From the IMG/VR virus record IMGVR_UViG_3300048609_000030: a DNA stretch of 64,000 nucleotides; one strand, written 5' to 3'. Shown here piece after piece: positions 30,872 through 42,211 of this stretch. The translations under genes and the position numbers were made by a program. Origin of the DNA: an uncultured virus (IMG/VR IMGVR_UViG_3300048609_000030) (taxonomy: Duplodnaviria; Heunggongvirae; Uroviricota; Caudoviricetes). The first letter of the stretch is position 1. Every line of letters starts with the position of its first letter. The notes beneath the pieces were generated by a model that saw nothing but the letters and a program-made list of their open reading frames with translations, did no database searches and had not been told where the DNA came from.

Positions 30872-32259
30872 GAAGCGCGCGAAAAAACTGACAGAAGCAC
30901 AGTGGTGTACAGTGTTTAAGCTGCGCTGCGAGTCTAAACGTGGAATCAGATTGTCATCTGAAGAACACGAACTCGTCGACGCCGCGTACAAGGAAGACTC
31001 GAAGCGCTACGCTGCAATGGAACCTGACATCTTCGACGCGACCGTGCCCTTCGGATCATGTGCAAAGAGTAGGCGAGGCCCAGACGATGAGTAGCCGTCC
31101 TACAGAGATCGAGTACGACACGGATTTGTTACGCGCCGCGCTGCGTAAGATCGCTTACTTCGACTTCGCCGCAGGCAGTGATGTCGACGATATGATGGCA
31201 TTCGCCGATCGGGTGTGGCGCGGTACTCTTGGACCAGAGGAAGTCGACGAACTTCAGAAGAAGTCGACGAACTTCTCAGACGGCGAGTAGACAGCTTCAA
31301 AGGCGAAAGAACGTTATGCCACAGCACACCTGCGATGATTGTGACAGCGTAGGACTCATCTACAACGCGATCAAATCGATCAACATCGCTATCTCGATCA
31401 TGGGGTTAGAGACACTACCAGAGGCCACCCGCGAATTGCTTGAGGCCCGTAACTGCCTCGGTCTAGCTATAGCAGTGGCAGACCCTTTTGGTCGATATGA
31501 TAGCGGCGCGGAAGATCCGCTGTGATCCCGTGACGTATCACCTTCGTCATCGAACTACTCTGTGACCCTCGTCAACGAACCACTCTTTTGCGTGGTCGAA
31601 CGGATCGTGGGGTGGTGAACCATCATGCGCGCAGCAAGTCCACACCTCATCACGCGAATAGCTCACGTCGCCGTTAGCGTGGTAGTGTCTCTCAAACCCG
31701 CGTGCCTTGAAGTAGTTGTGTCCGTTTTGTTCTTTGTCGATCTTCTCAACGTACACTCTAACAGGTTCAAGTTTGAGGATGTCGTCCCAAACCCACCACC
31801 AACCAACGCTGATCGGAAAGTCAATCCAAGTAGCGCTCATTTGCTGTCTTCCCTACCTGACTACCGGTTCACGATATACGTGCCACACTAAAGCGTGTTT
31901 TCTACCGTCATCGTAGCCGTGTTCGGACGCCAATCCTAGACACTTGACGCGTGCTGTCGGTGGCGCGAGTGCACGCTGTCTGGCTTCGTAATCATCCAAC
32001 GCCAACACGGTGAGGTAAGTCTCTTGGTGAATCTCTTGGTACATGAGAGCCGCTTGGTTAGGAGCTTCAAGACTGCCTCGCCCTAACATGGCCAAGAGCG
32101 CGACACGAACATCTTCTAGTACAGCAAACACTACCGGATGCGTTCGGGCTGCATCAGTGTCGAAGACTTTGGCTACAGCTATCCGATGATCTACTATACG
32201 AAGCGCGTCGTAGACACCTTCTTGCCAACTGTTGTGGTGATCTGCCATATGACAATGCC

Positions 32260-32613
32260 CTAAAGGACAGCTGTTGGCCAAGCAGAGGGTAGGTTTCTCA
32301 TCTCTACAGGTCTGTGTTGTTCGTGCGCGTTTGCGATGCCCTGCTTCATGCCCTCAGTGATGCCGAGGTCGGTGTAGACAACGGTCATCTCAGCGCTCTC
32401 GTGCCACGCGAAGCCTGCTGCGATACCCAAGGCGCGTTCGTCAGGTACATCGTCGCGGAGAACTCCTGGTTGGGTATATAGTCCGTGAGAAGCAAAGGGG
32501 GCTTCCCTACGGAGTAGGCAGTCTCGCATCGCGGCGCGCAGGTAATCTAGATTGGTCTCGATGCTGTGACCGTTGCTAGAAGAGTAAGGACTTTCAACGA
32601 TGACTCTTTTCAT
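32260..32613 (-). CDS. Conserved phage protein, nucleoside deoxyribosyltransferase-like fold
   Basis: VIVESPY, APFASHGLYTQ, ERALGI, VVYTDLGITEGM..GI. Confidence 0.7.
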   Translation of the reverse strand: MKRVIVESPYSSSNGHSIETNLDYLRAAMRDCLLRREAPFASHGLYTQPGVLRDDVPDERALGIAAGFAWHESAEMTVVYTDLGITEGMKQGIANAHEQHRPVEMRNLPSAWPTAVL

Positions 32614-33451
32614 GATCTTCCTTCACTATTCTCGTAACCCACGGCAACCACCGAAACAGAAGTACCCACAAGGTTGTGCCAGCAAGCAACAGTCCTAACA
32701 CTGTTGCTTCCAGTCTTGTTCACCACACCGACAAGCAGCAGCACCAATACAACCGTGGCCGTCACACGCTTGACGTAGTCCAGTTGGTGTATGAACAAAC
32801 CAACGTGGATCGGATAGCGCATGACACCCAGGCCACGCACAGGGTTTGAGACGTGACGCTGTAGAACTGAGCAGGGAAGCTTCTGCGTCGTCGTAGCCGC
32901 GGTCCCACTTTTCTTCTAGTGCGTGTTTTACGATTTTGACGACGTCAGTTGTCGGCAGAGCAGCAGGATTCCCACACAAAGCAACGATGTTGTCAAGTTG
33001 CTCTTTTAGGTTCTTCAGTGACACACACGTACAAGGGATTCCACCAGGATCACACGTATGCGGTGTGTTTGCGGCACCGTCACAACACGCACAAATAAGC
33101 CGATCTTCAACCAGTCGTCTGAGACATTTTGGACAGGTCACCTCTTCACGTATTGCTGTAAAGTGATCAGTAGCAGTGTCTTCAAGTTCAACGCCGCAAG
33201 CAACACGTGCACTCGGATAGTAGAAGTGGCGTACGGTATTGGGAGGATCGTATCGTACCATCATACACCTCAGCTGTTGTTTGGACGCGGCCACAAAATC
33301 ATAAACCAAATCGCGCCAACAATTACACCAGCAAGATAACCTAAACCAACATCGGGGCCACCACACATCTGAACAGCTAAATCACCTGCACCAACTATTA
33401 CGCCGCCCCAAACAATAGTAGCAGCCCTTTTCAGAGTCATTGTTTTCAGAG

Positions 33452-33865
33452 TCATTGATCGCTGACGTTATCTGTTGAAGGTGCGGTCAGGGCTTCGTCA
33501 CGGCGTGCACGTTCAGACTCGATACCACGTGCCTCGTAGATGAAGTTACGGAGATCGAGCGCATACTCTTTGGTGCGCGTGTCCACACCAGGCAGGCCTT
33601 CTAATCCTTCCGCAAAAGTCTTCAAATGGCCATATGGCCACCCACGAACAGTGGCGGGGTCTAGATTACCAACCGCAAACGTGATGATTGGAATCGCCGC
33701 TTGGATGCACCTCAAGAGGTCTCCGGTGGTGGAGTCCTGTGACGCCGTTGCGCACATCCGTTCTTGCAGTTCTGCGTATTCCCTTCGGGCCTGATCGCGT
33801 TGAGCTATTAAGTCGTTGTATTCCTGCAGGCTCATTGTTACTTCAGCCATTTTAGTTGCCTCCAT
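33452..33865 (-). CDS. Hypothetical coiled-coil protein
   Basis: 137-aa ORF in a minus-strand operon. Confidence 0.55.
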   Translation of the reverse strand: MEATKMAEVTMSLQEYNDLIAQRDQARREYAELQERMCATASQDSTTGDLLRCIQAAIPIITFAVGNLDPATVRGWPYGHLKTFAEGLEGLPGVDTRTKEYALDLRNFIYEARGIESERARRDEALTAPSTDNVSDQ

Positions 33866-34141
33866 CGACCAAGAACGTGGCTAGACGACACGCGTCACAT
33901 TGACAAGGACCAGAGAGTGGAAAGCGGTGACAGTGTTGTTCAATCATTGCACCGAGTGCTCCTCGTAGTTGTTCAGTCTCGCCGTTGACCAACTTGTTCA
34001 ACACGACAGCGATGTCGAAGGCCGCTTTGTCGGCGGCCTCGTTTGTCGAATCCTCCGCAAAGATCGGCTCGCAGAGATTGATGATCTGCTCAGCAGCAAC
34101 TATAAAATCTACGTGTCCCATGACTACATCTAACATACAAC

Positions 34142-35887
34142 CTACTCCCCGTAGAAGAATGAGTCACTAGCGTAGTAGAGACCGTTGCGCTTTTCGATCA
34201 AGCTTGTGGTTTTGAGTTTCGACAAGTAGTTCGCAAAGGTACTGCTCGTGGTGGATTGTCCTACCTGTTCGGCGACCGCATCCCGTGTTAGACCGGCTGG
34301 GTAGGCATCAATGAAGGTTCTGAGAATAGTCTTTGAGCTACCTGGAAGTCTAGGAGCCCAAAGCGCGTACAATTCTTCGGTGGTTGGTGGCGTCAAACTC
34401 GAACTCGTGGTTGATATTGCACTCAAACCCAACTCGGTAAGTTGAAATGCGCTTCCTCTGCCTTCGATGTGTCCACCTGTACGCAACGCTGAGAGGTAGT
34501 TCGCGAAGGTCGAGCTGCGCGGGCTGAATCCTGCCAAAGTAGATACTTGGTTGCGGGACAACGACTTGGGATGTAGCGCAGCCAACGCTTCGAGGATGCG
34601 CAACGGTCCGCGTCCAAGTTTGCTGGTTCCATTTGTGGACTTTGAACGAGGCGTTTGAGGTGGTTGAACAGCTCGTGGTGGTTGGGTGTTTCTCAACGGT
34701 TGGGGTACAGCTTTTGATTTGGGTACCACAGCACGGGCGGCGTCGATCGTAGAAGCCAACGCGACGAATGCGTTCTTCGTCTCGTCGTTCAGTTGTTGCC
34801 ACTTCGCAGCTGCTTTCTTTGTTACATCCTCGTACTTCTGTAGGACGTGTTTCAGACGTTCAACATCTTCAGCTTTGAGTACCGATACCTCGATACGCTC
34901 AACCTCAACAGTCTTTTGTTGCAGCAGTACTTCGAGCTGTTGGATCTTGCGGTCGCGCTCGATCACCTGTTGTCGTAGTTGCTTAGGGTCGTTTTGCTTC
35001 GCGGCCTCGATTGTTGAGGCCATCGCTTTCGAGATCTCGGTAAGGTCAACAGGCGCGAGTTGTTGCTGCTTTACTTGCTTACCCACGGTCGGTGTAGCTG
35101 ACGTATCGGCTGTTTTCTTCTGTCCGATCTTTACCTTTTGGTAGACCTCAAGCCACTGCGGTGACCAGACAATGGCTGTGCCCTGGGGAAGCTTAGCCAA
35201 GATCGACGCATCACCGCTTATGATGCCCTTCTCGGCAATCCATCCGTCGATTGCTTTACGTTCGTGCGGGCCAACTGTTTGGAATGCAAACAGACACTCA
35301 GTCTGGTTCAAGACGTCTTTGTGGACCTTCTGAGGACGTTGCGAAAGAAGTGAGATGCCGATTCCGTAGTTACGTCCAAGAAGAGCTAAATCGCTGACGG
35401 CGCCTAGAAGTCGTTCGTCACCACTGTGCATTTGTTGCGGAATGAAAAATTGACTTTCTTCTATCACGATGTGTAGCGGCGATTGTGCACGCTTCTTGCG
35501 ATGAAAAAGTTGCTCCGCAAAATCTGTTGCAAACTGCCGCCGCTGGTTCTTGCGGAAGTGAGAGACATCCAACACGATCGAAGTTCCAGTGTCGACAATG
35601 AAGTCGGCAACAATCGCACCGCCTGTCGGCTCTAATGGGATGTCACCTTGCGCGCCGCCAAGAACTGGAATCGGATAACCAGGTCCGGTGCCTGGTGTGC
35701 GGAGGCCGTACCAATTTCCCACAGGATCCAGGACGACGACTTGTGCACCAACGTCAAGCATCTCCTCGACCAGTTTGCCTGCCGCGAAGCTCTTTCCCGC
35801 GCCTCGACGCCCTATGAAGGCGAACGTCTGCGTGACCGCGTCAAGCGGCAGTGCAAGAGTCGCAGACAGGTGAAGCTTTCTCGTCAT
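34142..35887 (-). CDS. HerA/DUF87-like P-loop ATPase with coiled coil and two C-terminal wHTH repeats
   Basis: Walker A GRRGAGKS, VVLDPVG, Walker B IVIEES, GRNYGI..SQRP; repeated SSTFANYLS. Confidence 0.85.
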   Translation of the reverse strand: MTRKLHLSATLALPLDAVTQTFAFIGRRGAGKSFAAGKLVEEMLDVGAQVVVLDPVGNWYGLRTPGTGPGYPIPVLGGAQGDIPLEPTGGAIVADFIVDTGTSIVLDVSHFRKNQRRQFATDFAEQLFHRKKRAQSPLHIVIEESQFFIPQQMHSGDERLLGAVSDLALLGRNYGIGISLLSQRPQKVHKDVLNQTECLFAFQTVGPHERKAIDGWIAEKGIISGDASILAKLPQGTAIVWSPQWLEVYQKVKIGQKKTADTSATPTVGKQVKQQQLAPVDLTEISKAMASTIEAAKQNDPKQLRQQVIERDRKIQQLEVLLQQKTVEVERIEVSVLKAEDVERLKHVLQKYEDVTKKAAAKWQQLNDETKNAFVALASTIDAARAVVPKSKAVPQPLRNTQPPRAVQPPQTPRSKSTNGTSKLGRGPLRILEALAALHPKSLSRNQVSTLAGFSPRSSTFANYLSALRTGGHIEGRGSAFQLTELGLSAISTTSSSLTPPTTEELYALWAPRLPGSSKTILRTFIDAYPAGLTRDAVAEQVGQSTTSSTFANYLSKLKTTSLIEKRNGLYYASDSFFYGE

Positions 35888-36235
35888 CGAACCGGACTAT
35901 ACTCTATCAATGTGACAATACTAGTTGCCGACACATTGTCGGCACGTAGTTAGTTGCCGCAACGTCAATTACAACATTGAACTGTTTCTGAAATTAGGCC
36001 TTCTGGACCCTGATAAAGACGTTGTGTTTCACTACAAGAATGGAAAACTATACTAATAGGCCCGTTGACAACCTTTTCAAACTCAGCACGATAAGGACGA
36101 AATACGTGCAGCAATTCACGCTGCTCTACTGCATCAGCGAAGAAGACTTCTAATGTCGATGTCCACCACCTGGCCCAACGCACTGGCCGACCACCTAAAA
36201 CACGAGACACACGGTATAGAAAGTCTTTGTCTTCT

Positions 36236-36988
36236 TCAGATGTTTTCAACATATACGACCAGTGCTGTACTCATGTCTGGTTTGCGTGGTTTGTAAGGAC
36301 GGATCTCGTCTAGTTCTTCATAGTGAAGATGTGGAGGATCGATCTTGCTCCAAATAGTTGCAAGCGGCTGACCGTAGATGATTTCACTTCCTTGATCAAC
36401 GAGGGCGGTGTCTTTGTCCAGGTGCAAGTAGCCTGTACACAACGAAAGACCGTGTTCCCTGTGATCGATCCAGTAGCGGTACCCGTTGGACTCTTTGCCG
36501 CAAAGCTTGACGACACCGTTCGCTACAGCGTGGATCATGCGGCACTCGGGCGGAGTCCAGCACCAACGTTTGCCCTTGTTCTTTCCCGACCCGTACTTGA
36601 CTCCGTAGACCTTGTCGTCTGGATCGCTGTCGATCCAGGGCACGAAGAGGTCGAGGCCGTGATGGAACCCGCCGCTACGTGGTCCGTAGCCCGACGTGAT
36701 GATCGGGCGCCTGCCTTTGTAACCGAGTAGTGGCCACATTTTCGTTGTGGTTGTCAGCTCGGCGTTGATGGCTGCGCGAGTCAACGCACCCGCTTTGCCG
36801 TCGACGTCGAGTGGTTTGCCTTTTTCTTCAACATCAACTCGTACGTGTCGTTTTTGGAAGTCGGCTACAGCTAAGGACAAGTCCTTCCATCCAAGTGTTG
36901 TCTTCGAGAAGACACCCAAATGGGCTATCTGCTTTTGGGTCAGCCGGCCCGCCTCGAATTCCCGTTTGTTGTAATCGCTGGCATTCAT
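36236..36988 (-). CDS. M23 peptidase with peptidoglycan-binding region; probable lysin
   Basis: FQ...VDGKAG..T; ITSGYGPR..HHGLD; YLHL; PHLHYE. Confidence 0.85.
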   Translation of the reverse strand: MNASDYNKREFEAGRLTQKQIAHLGVFSKTTLGWKDLSLAVADFQKRHVRVDVEEKGKPLDVDGKAGALTRAAINAELTTTTKMWPLLGYKGRRPIITSGYGPRSGGFHHGLDLFVPWIDSDPDDKVYGVKYGSGKNKGKRWCWTPPECRMIHAVANGVVKLCGKESNGYRYWIDHREHGLSLCTGYLHLDKDTALVDQGSEIIYGQPLATIWSKIDPPHLHYEELDEIRPYKPRKPDMSTALVVYVENI

Positions 36989-37624
36989 TGGACTTCCTCT
37001 GTCAAGTCAGTCCGGTCAACGGACCGGTCACAAAACCGCTTTGCCTTAACGATCTTTGGGTCTTGGCGGCAATGAAACATGCGTGCCGCAGGCCGGACAC
37101 TTCATTAGGTACGGCGCCTCGATCTCGAAGCCACAATCGCACACACGTGTGTATTGAATTTCTGGTTTACGATACAAAGGACAACCTTTTAAGTGTGCAC
37201 GTATGGCCTGTTTGTTTTTGAATTTCTTCCCGCATGCCGGGCAGGGGCGCGGTCCGGGCATAGGAGGTGTTCCGGTCACGATCAGTCCTCACCAAGTTGG
37301 CGCCTACCTAAGAGGCGTTGGGTTAGCTGTTCTAGTAGTGCCGACCGCCCGATCGGAGAACGTAACGCTTCTATGAGATGTGTCCACGGTGCAGTAGCCA
37401 AAGTGAGCGCAACACGGGGAACGATGATCAGCACGTAAGGCACTGGAACTGCTGTTTGATTTACGATTTCGACGCTTGTTGGGTGAGTTGCACGTAGTAT
37501 CAAAGTCTGTGGTTGTACCGTAAATAGAACAGGTGTTTCATCTTCGGTGATCGGTTTTTCGATCACAACAGTAACAACATTAACAGCGGGCGCAACCCCA
37601 ACGATTGGTGTGCGTAACAACGCA

Positions 37625-38110
37625 CTAAGACGCGTCGAGACCGTCGTCTTCTTCGTCCTCGTCCTCATCTTCCTCCTCGACGTCGTCTTCGTCGAGTTCA
37701 TCGTCGTCGTCCTCTTCGGCGTCCTCGTCCTCGTCCTCCTCGTCGTCTTCCTCGTCGTCCTCGTCTTCATCAGCCTCAACCTCGACGGCGCGTCTGGGCG
37801 GCGGTGTGAAAGCGACCACGTTGTTTAATTCTTCCTGATCCTGATCCGGTTCCTCTTGTTTGCCGCGTCGTTTGCCTTTGGCTTTTGCTTTTGGCGGCTC
37901 AACTTTGGCTTTGGGCTTCTTCTTGGTTGCTTCCGGCCGAACACAATCAAGATCACGCACACGCACGATCAGGAAAGATTCAGAGACGCCTAGTACTTTG
38001 GCTGCTTTACGGATGGAACCCGCATTCGCCAAAGCAAAGTTTATCATGTCGGCTTCGGACTTTCGTAGGGTTTTCCAGTATGGAGCGTTCTCATTCCGTC
38101 TTTTGGGCAT
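37625..38110 (-). CDS. Fis-like HTH protein with long D/E tail
   Basis: INFALANAGSIRKAAKVLGVS; ~50-residue acidic C-terminus. Confidence 0.7.
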   Translation of the reverse strand: MPKRRNENAPYWKTLRKSEADMINFALANAGSIRKAAKVLGVSESFLIVRVRDLDCVRPEATKKKPKAKVEPPKAKAKGKRRGKQEEPDQDQEELNNVVAFTPPPRRAVEVEADEDEDDEEDDEEDEDEDAEEDDDDELDEDDVEEEDEDEDEEDDGLDAS

Positions 38111-38479
38111 CAAACTCCCCACTTACATCTGTTAACGGAGTAGCGCTTGTGTATTCGAGTGCCCGCAAGTGGATCGCTGCAAACACTGGAGTTGTTACAA
38201 CAGCGGTGATCGCAACTACGATCGGTGTCACCCAAAGCCGTCCAGGAAGACCTAAATACGGTAGATCCAGCCACCACCCGATCGCGAATGCTTCTCCGAG
38301 CCCTAACCAGAAGCCTAGACAGGCTGCACACATCATGAAACGGTCGAATTTTGGCGGGTAGTGGCTCCACAGGAAAGACGTGATCTTCGCCCTGCTACCC
38401 AGGTAATAGAGTGCTGACGCGATCAAGCCGTAGAGCACGGGCGTCATCGCGGACAACAAGAAGTAGGAGGCTTCCATTT

Positions 38480-38905
38480 TTAGCTGTCCGCCTTCTTTGC
38501 GCGGCTCTCGGCGATCTCGTATAGCTCGGCTGGAAGCGGGTCTATTGGCCTGCCAGCGGTAGCTACAGAGGCGCCTTCGCGTCCTGTCCAGCCGTCGCAC
38601 AGGTACTGGAAGTGGACGAAGTCGGTTTGGGTTTTGCCCTTCAAACACAAACCTGCTTTTCCGGCGTTCATTGCCATTTCCATGTCGTTCAGCGGCTGAA
38701 AGATGGGATCGGTTTTTGGGGGCATACGACCGATCAGTCCAGCCCGCATAGCAATGTGCAATTCGTCCCTTGGACGACACTCCGCCCAACGTTTGCGAGC
38801 TAGGTCGTCGTTAGAGAATCCTGTGCAATTCCAGCAACCTCGACTTCTTTCAAAGACACGTTCTTTAGGGATGACCAGCTTTGAAGAATTGTCGCTCATA
38901 GTCAT
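38480..38905 (-). CDS. Cys-containing hypothetical protein
   Basis: CWNC...C...C; in an operon with a small membrane ORF. Confidence 0.55.
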   Translation of the reverse strand: MTMSDNSSKLVIPKERVFERSRGCWNCTGFSNDDLARKRWAECRPRDELHIAMRAGLIGRMPPKTDPIFQPLNDMEMAMNAGKAGLCLKGKTQTDFVHFQYLCDGWTGREGASVATAGRPIDPLPAELYEIAESRAKKADS

Positions 38906-39048
38906 CGACTAGCACGTATTGAATTTCCCATCAACCGAATTTCTGATCGTGTACACGACCGCCCAGCCTTGATCACAGTAGCGATCTCACTTGAATTTTT
39001 TGCATACGATCACTTTAGTGGTTATCCTGCGTGCTTATGGGAACCACC

Positions 39049-41475
39049 ATGAAGCCGAAGCAACCAATGGAATTCGACCAGGCCAAGCTACAGAACATGA
39101 CCGAGCCGATCACGGTGCGTGTTCAGAAGATGCGGGGTAACCAACCGTCAGGTATTGAAATTCCCGGCAAAGGAGAAGGTGCTGCTCCTGGCACCAACTG
39201 GTCACGGGAAGAGGTACTCAGGCTTGAAAACTGGCTACTGACTGAGTGGTCAGGCGGCGGTTTCTACCGTTTCTCGGTTACCGACGCTAACGGTGAAACG
39301 ATGCGTTGGGAGAGCGCCTTCGACCCACGTGTCTACCCGGAAAAGGTGCCGCCTAACGCGATGAGCGCAGCACAAATTCCTAACCCGCAGATCTTGCCAG
39401 CGGGTGTTCCCGTCAATCCACAACTTCAGATTCAGACACCGTCAGCACAAGCCATTCCGTCACAAGGAGTTCCCTTCGGTATGAACTCATCATCTTGGCC
39501 TCCTCCTGCAGCTACTTTTGGTTACGGCAGTCAGGTTGTAGTTGGACCGCAACAGCAACCTCAACAACAGCAACCAGTTTTTCAACAGCAGATGCCGATG
39601 CAATATGGTTGGCCCTACGCGACGCCATATTCTCCGTACGGAATGCCAGGAATGTCAGGAATGGCACCAGCACCAGCAACACCTGTACGGGATCGTGGCG
39701 ATCGAGATCGTTGGCTTGAAATGCAGTTGCGGGAACGAGATCGAGATCGTGAAACCGAACGCGAAGAGCGTCAACGGCAAACAGAACGGGAAGCCGAACG
39801 TCTTCGTTACCAAGAAGAACTGCGTCGCAAGGATGACGAGCTTCGCGCACGCGAGTTGGCGCAACGAGAAGCAGAGCACAAAGCTGGCCTTGAACGGCAA
39901 CAGCAACAACATGCTGCTGAAATGGCCAAGATGGTCGACGAGATTCGGCGTCTCGGTGAACAAGGTCGGGACAAGGAAAACGATGAGGTTCGTCGTGCGC
40001 GGGAAGAACAAGCACGACTACAGCGCGAACGCGAGCGCGATCAAATCAATCAACAGTTCCAAACGGTCAATCAACAGTTTCAAACTTTCCAACAAAGCAT
40101 CGCACAAACCCTCACAAAGGTAACCGAGACTCCACGTGAGGATCCCAAACTGCGGACGCTGGAAGTGGAGATCCAGAAGGCGCGGGAAGATGCTCGGATG
40201 CAGGCTGAACAGCAACAGCGCGAGCGTGATCGGTGGGAGAGTCAGCGTCAGCAAGAAGCGCTGGTACAACAGATGCGGGAACAAGAAAACCGCACTGCCT
40301 TGGCGCTCAAGGAAGCAACTGCAACTCGTAGCGACCCAATGGTCGAGTACATGAAGGAGTCGGCACGCCTGAGCCAAGAGCAGTCGCGGATGCAGTCTGA
40401 GAACATGCGGGAGATCGCTCGTATGCAACAGGCGTCGCAAGACCGTATGGCTGCGCAGATGATGAACCCGCAGCAGCTAGCTTCGATCATCCGTGATTCG
40501 GGTAGTGGTACCGATATGCTGATGAAGAACGTGGTCGAGACGTTCTCTGGCATCTTCGGGACGATGCGTAGTGCGATCGAACAGGTCGCTCAACTCACTG
40601 GTGGAGCACCCGAACCACCAGCCGTACGTATTGTCGAGCAGGGGATCCAGAAGGCTGGCGCCATGGCCGAGCGCTATTTCGGCATGAAGGCGCAGCAGCA
40701 GCAAAATGAAGCACAGGTTGCAGCAGCCAGGTTGCACGGTGAAGCACAGGTTCGGGCCGCTGCCTACCAAGCGCAAGCTGCAGCAGCAACAGCAGCCGCA
40801 CAACAAAACAGGCCGGTTGAATTCGCAGCGGCAAGTACCGCACGTAAGACTAACGGGCAGTCGGGACCTGAGAAAGCAGCAGCACAACCGAGTAGCGGTC
40901 TTGGAGGTGCAGCACCAGTAGCTGCAACACCACCACCGCCCGTGGTTAGACCACCCAAACCTGGAAAGCCTGCAGCGCCCACACCGCCTACCGACCTCGA
41001 CGATGGGTTGTCGGACCCTGTTACAGGACAGACGCTTCCCGCCGCGAAGCCAGTAGCCAAACGAGCTGGTAAGACCGACGAAGAGTGGTTTGGGGCGGCA
41101 CTCGAATCCGTAACGCATCTTAGAACAGGTGTAAAGACGTTCCTGTCGAATCTAGCCAAGATCCAAACCGGTGAAGAAGAGGGGGTGCTTGACGAAGAAG
41201 GTAACGTCGTTGGGCTTGAGCCGAACGCGGCAATTGACGCGATCCTGAAGGGGATCAACTACGTCAGTGTAAACGGGATGGTGATTCCAGCCTTTGAGGA
41301 GCTGTTCAAGCAGGGTCGGTATGCTGAATTCTTGGATGTCTTGTTGCCTGGTGCACACCAGGGGTACAAGGACGACTGCGTGAAGATCCTAACCGAAGAG
41401 GTTGATGTAACACCACCATCTGACGTTATCGACGTAGAGGGCGTAGAGATAACAGACCAATCCGCTGAGGCGTAG
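39049..41475 (+). CDS. Large Q/E/R-rich coiled-coil protein, possibly virion-internal (start approximate)
   Basis: ~810-aa ORF with globular ends, a long coiled coil and Pro/Ala linkers. Confidence 0.8.
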   Translation: MKPKQPMEFDQAKLQNMTEPITVRVQKMRGNQPSGIEIPGKGEGAAPGTNWSREEVLRLENWLLTEWSGGGFYRFSVTDANGETMRWESAFDPRVYPEKVPPNAMSAAQIPNPQILPAGVPVNPQLQIQTPSAQAIPSQGVPFGMNSSSWPPPAATFGYGSQVVVGPQQQPQQQQPVFQQQMPMQYGWPYATPYSPYGMPGMSGMAPAPATPVRDRGDRDRWLEMQLRERDRDRETEREERQRQTEREAERLRYQEELRRKDDELRARELAQREAEHKAGLERQQQQHAAEMAKMVDEIRRLGEQGRDKENDEVRRAREEQARLQRERERDQINQQFQTVNQQFQTFQQSIAQTLTKVTETPREDPKLRTLEVEIQKAREDARMQAEQQQRERDRWESQRQQEALVQQMREQENRTALALKEATATRSDPMVEYMKESARLSQEQSRMQSENMREIARMQQASQDRMAAQMMNPQQLASIIRDSGSGTDMLMKNVVETFSGIFGTMRSAIEQVAQLTGGAPEPPAVRIVEQGIQKAGAMAERYFGMKAQQQQNEAQVAAARLHGEAQVRAAAYQAQAAAATAAAQQNRPVEFAAASTARKTNGQSGPEKAAAQPSSGLGGAAPVAATPPPPVVRPPKPGKPAAPTPPTDLDDGLSDPVTGQTLPAAKPVAKRAGKTDEEWFGAALESVTHLRTGVKTFLSNLAKIQTGEEEGVLDEEGNVVGLEPNAAIDAILKGINYVSVNGMVIPAFEELFKQGRYAEFLDVLLPGAHQGYKDDCVKILTEEVDVTPPSDVIDVEGVEITDQSAEA

Positions 41476-41485
41476 GAGACAGACC

Positions 41486-42211
41486 GTGACTATGGAAATA
41501 GTGCCACCAGAAAACAGCGAAGAACAAGACCGTGGTTTTGGAAGAAAGACTTTGACGTTGCCAAATGGGACAATCATACGTCTTCAGGAGGCAACGTGGC
41601 AAAGCCTGAGATCTGCGTTTGTGGTTAGTCCGTGGAACGACGTACACGATTGGCCGGTTTTCTCGTACGGGTCGAGTGAAGAAGTGCCCGGAAAAAAAGG
41701 TTTGACGGCCACGCGTGTACACACAAACATTCCTAGATCGGGCATGGCAGGACTCCCGATGGATTGGGAAATGTTGGTGTATCGTTGGCGCGCTACAATC
41801 AACGCAGTTTTGGAACCTGTTGTACTTGATTGGGCTGCAGAGACCGCTGTCAACTTCTGGTACAACCAGAAACCGTACGCGTCGGCCACGCTCGCAGACC
41901 TTTTGTTGTCAGGGGCTCGTACAGTCGGGTCGGATACCGGAGACCTGCCGGTTCACATGCGCAACAACCTAGGTTTTGAGGTACAGGTTCAAACGCCAAA
42001 CGAGAAGGTGTTAACTAAACTGCACAACTGGTTGCGTGGTAATCCTTCTGAAGCTGTACAGGCTGCGTTGTCTGAGTTAGACACAATTGCACGAATGCAA
42101 GGAGGACCGGTCGTGGCTGCAATACGACACGTACAGGAAACACTCGCAGCAGGGCGCGACCTGACATGTTGGATCCACCTCGAAGGCCCTCTCATCCGAT
42201 GTGTTGTGTGA
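41486..42211 (+). CDS. Paralog of the candidate capsid protein at 58499
   Basis: TLTLPNGT...TRVHTNIPRSGMAGLPMDWEMLVY...LPVHMRNNLGF...GPLIRCVV. Confidence 0.75.
   Translation: MTMEIVPPENSEEQDRGFGRKTLTLPNGTIIRLQEATWQSLRSAFVVSPWNDVHDWPVFSYGSSEEVPGKKGLTATRVHTNIPRSGMAGLPMDWEMLVYRWRATINAVLEPVVLDWAAETAVNFWYNQKPYASATLADLLLSGARTVGSDTGDLPVHMRNNLGFEVQVQTPNEKVLTKLHNWLRGNPSEAVQAALSELDTIARMQGGPVVAAIRHVQETLAAGRDLTCWIHLEGPLIRCVV

Noticed and set aside
34142..35887. HerA-like ATPase as the genome-packaging ATPase
   Set aside because: DUF87 + coiled coil + wHTH layout and position in a non-structural operon do not fit a compact A32/P9-type motor; not excluded without a profile search
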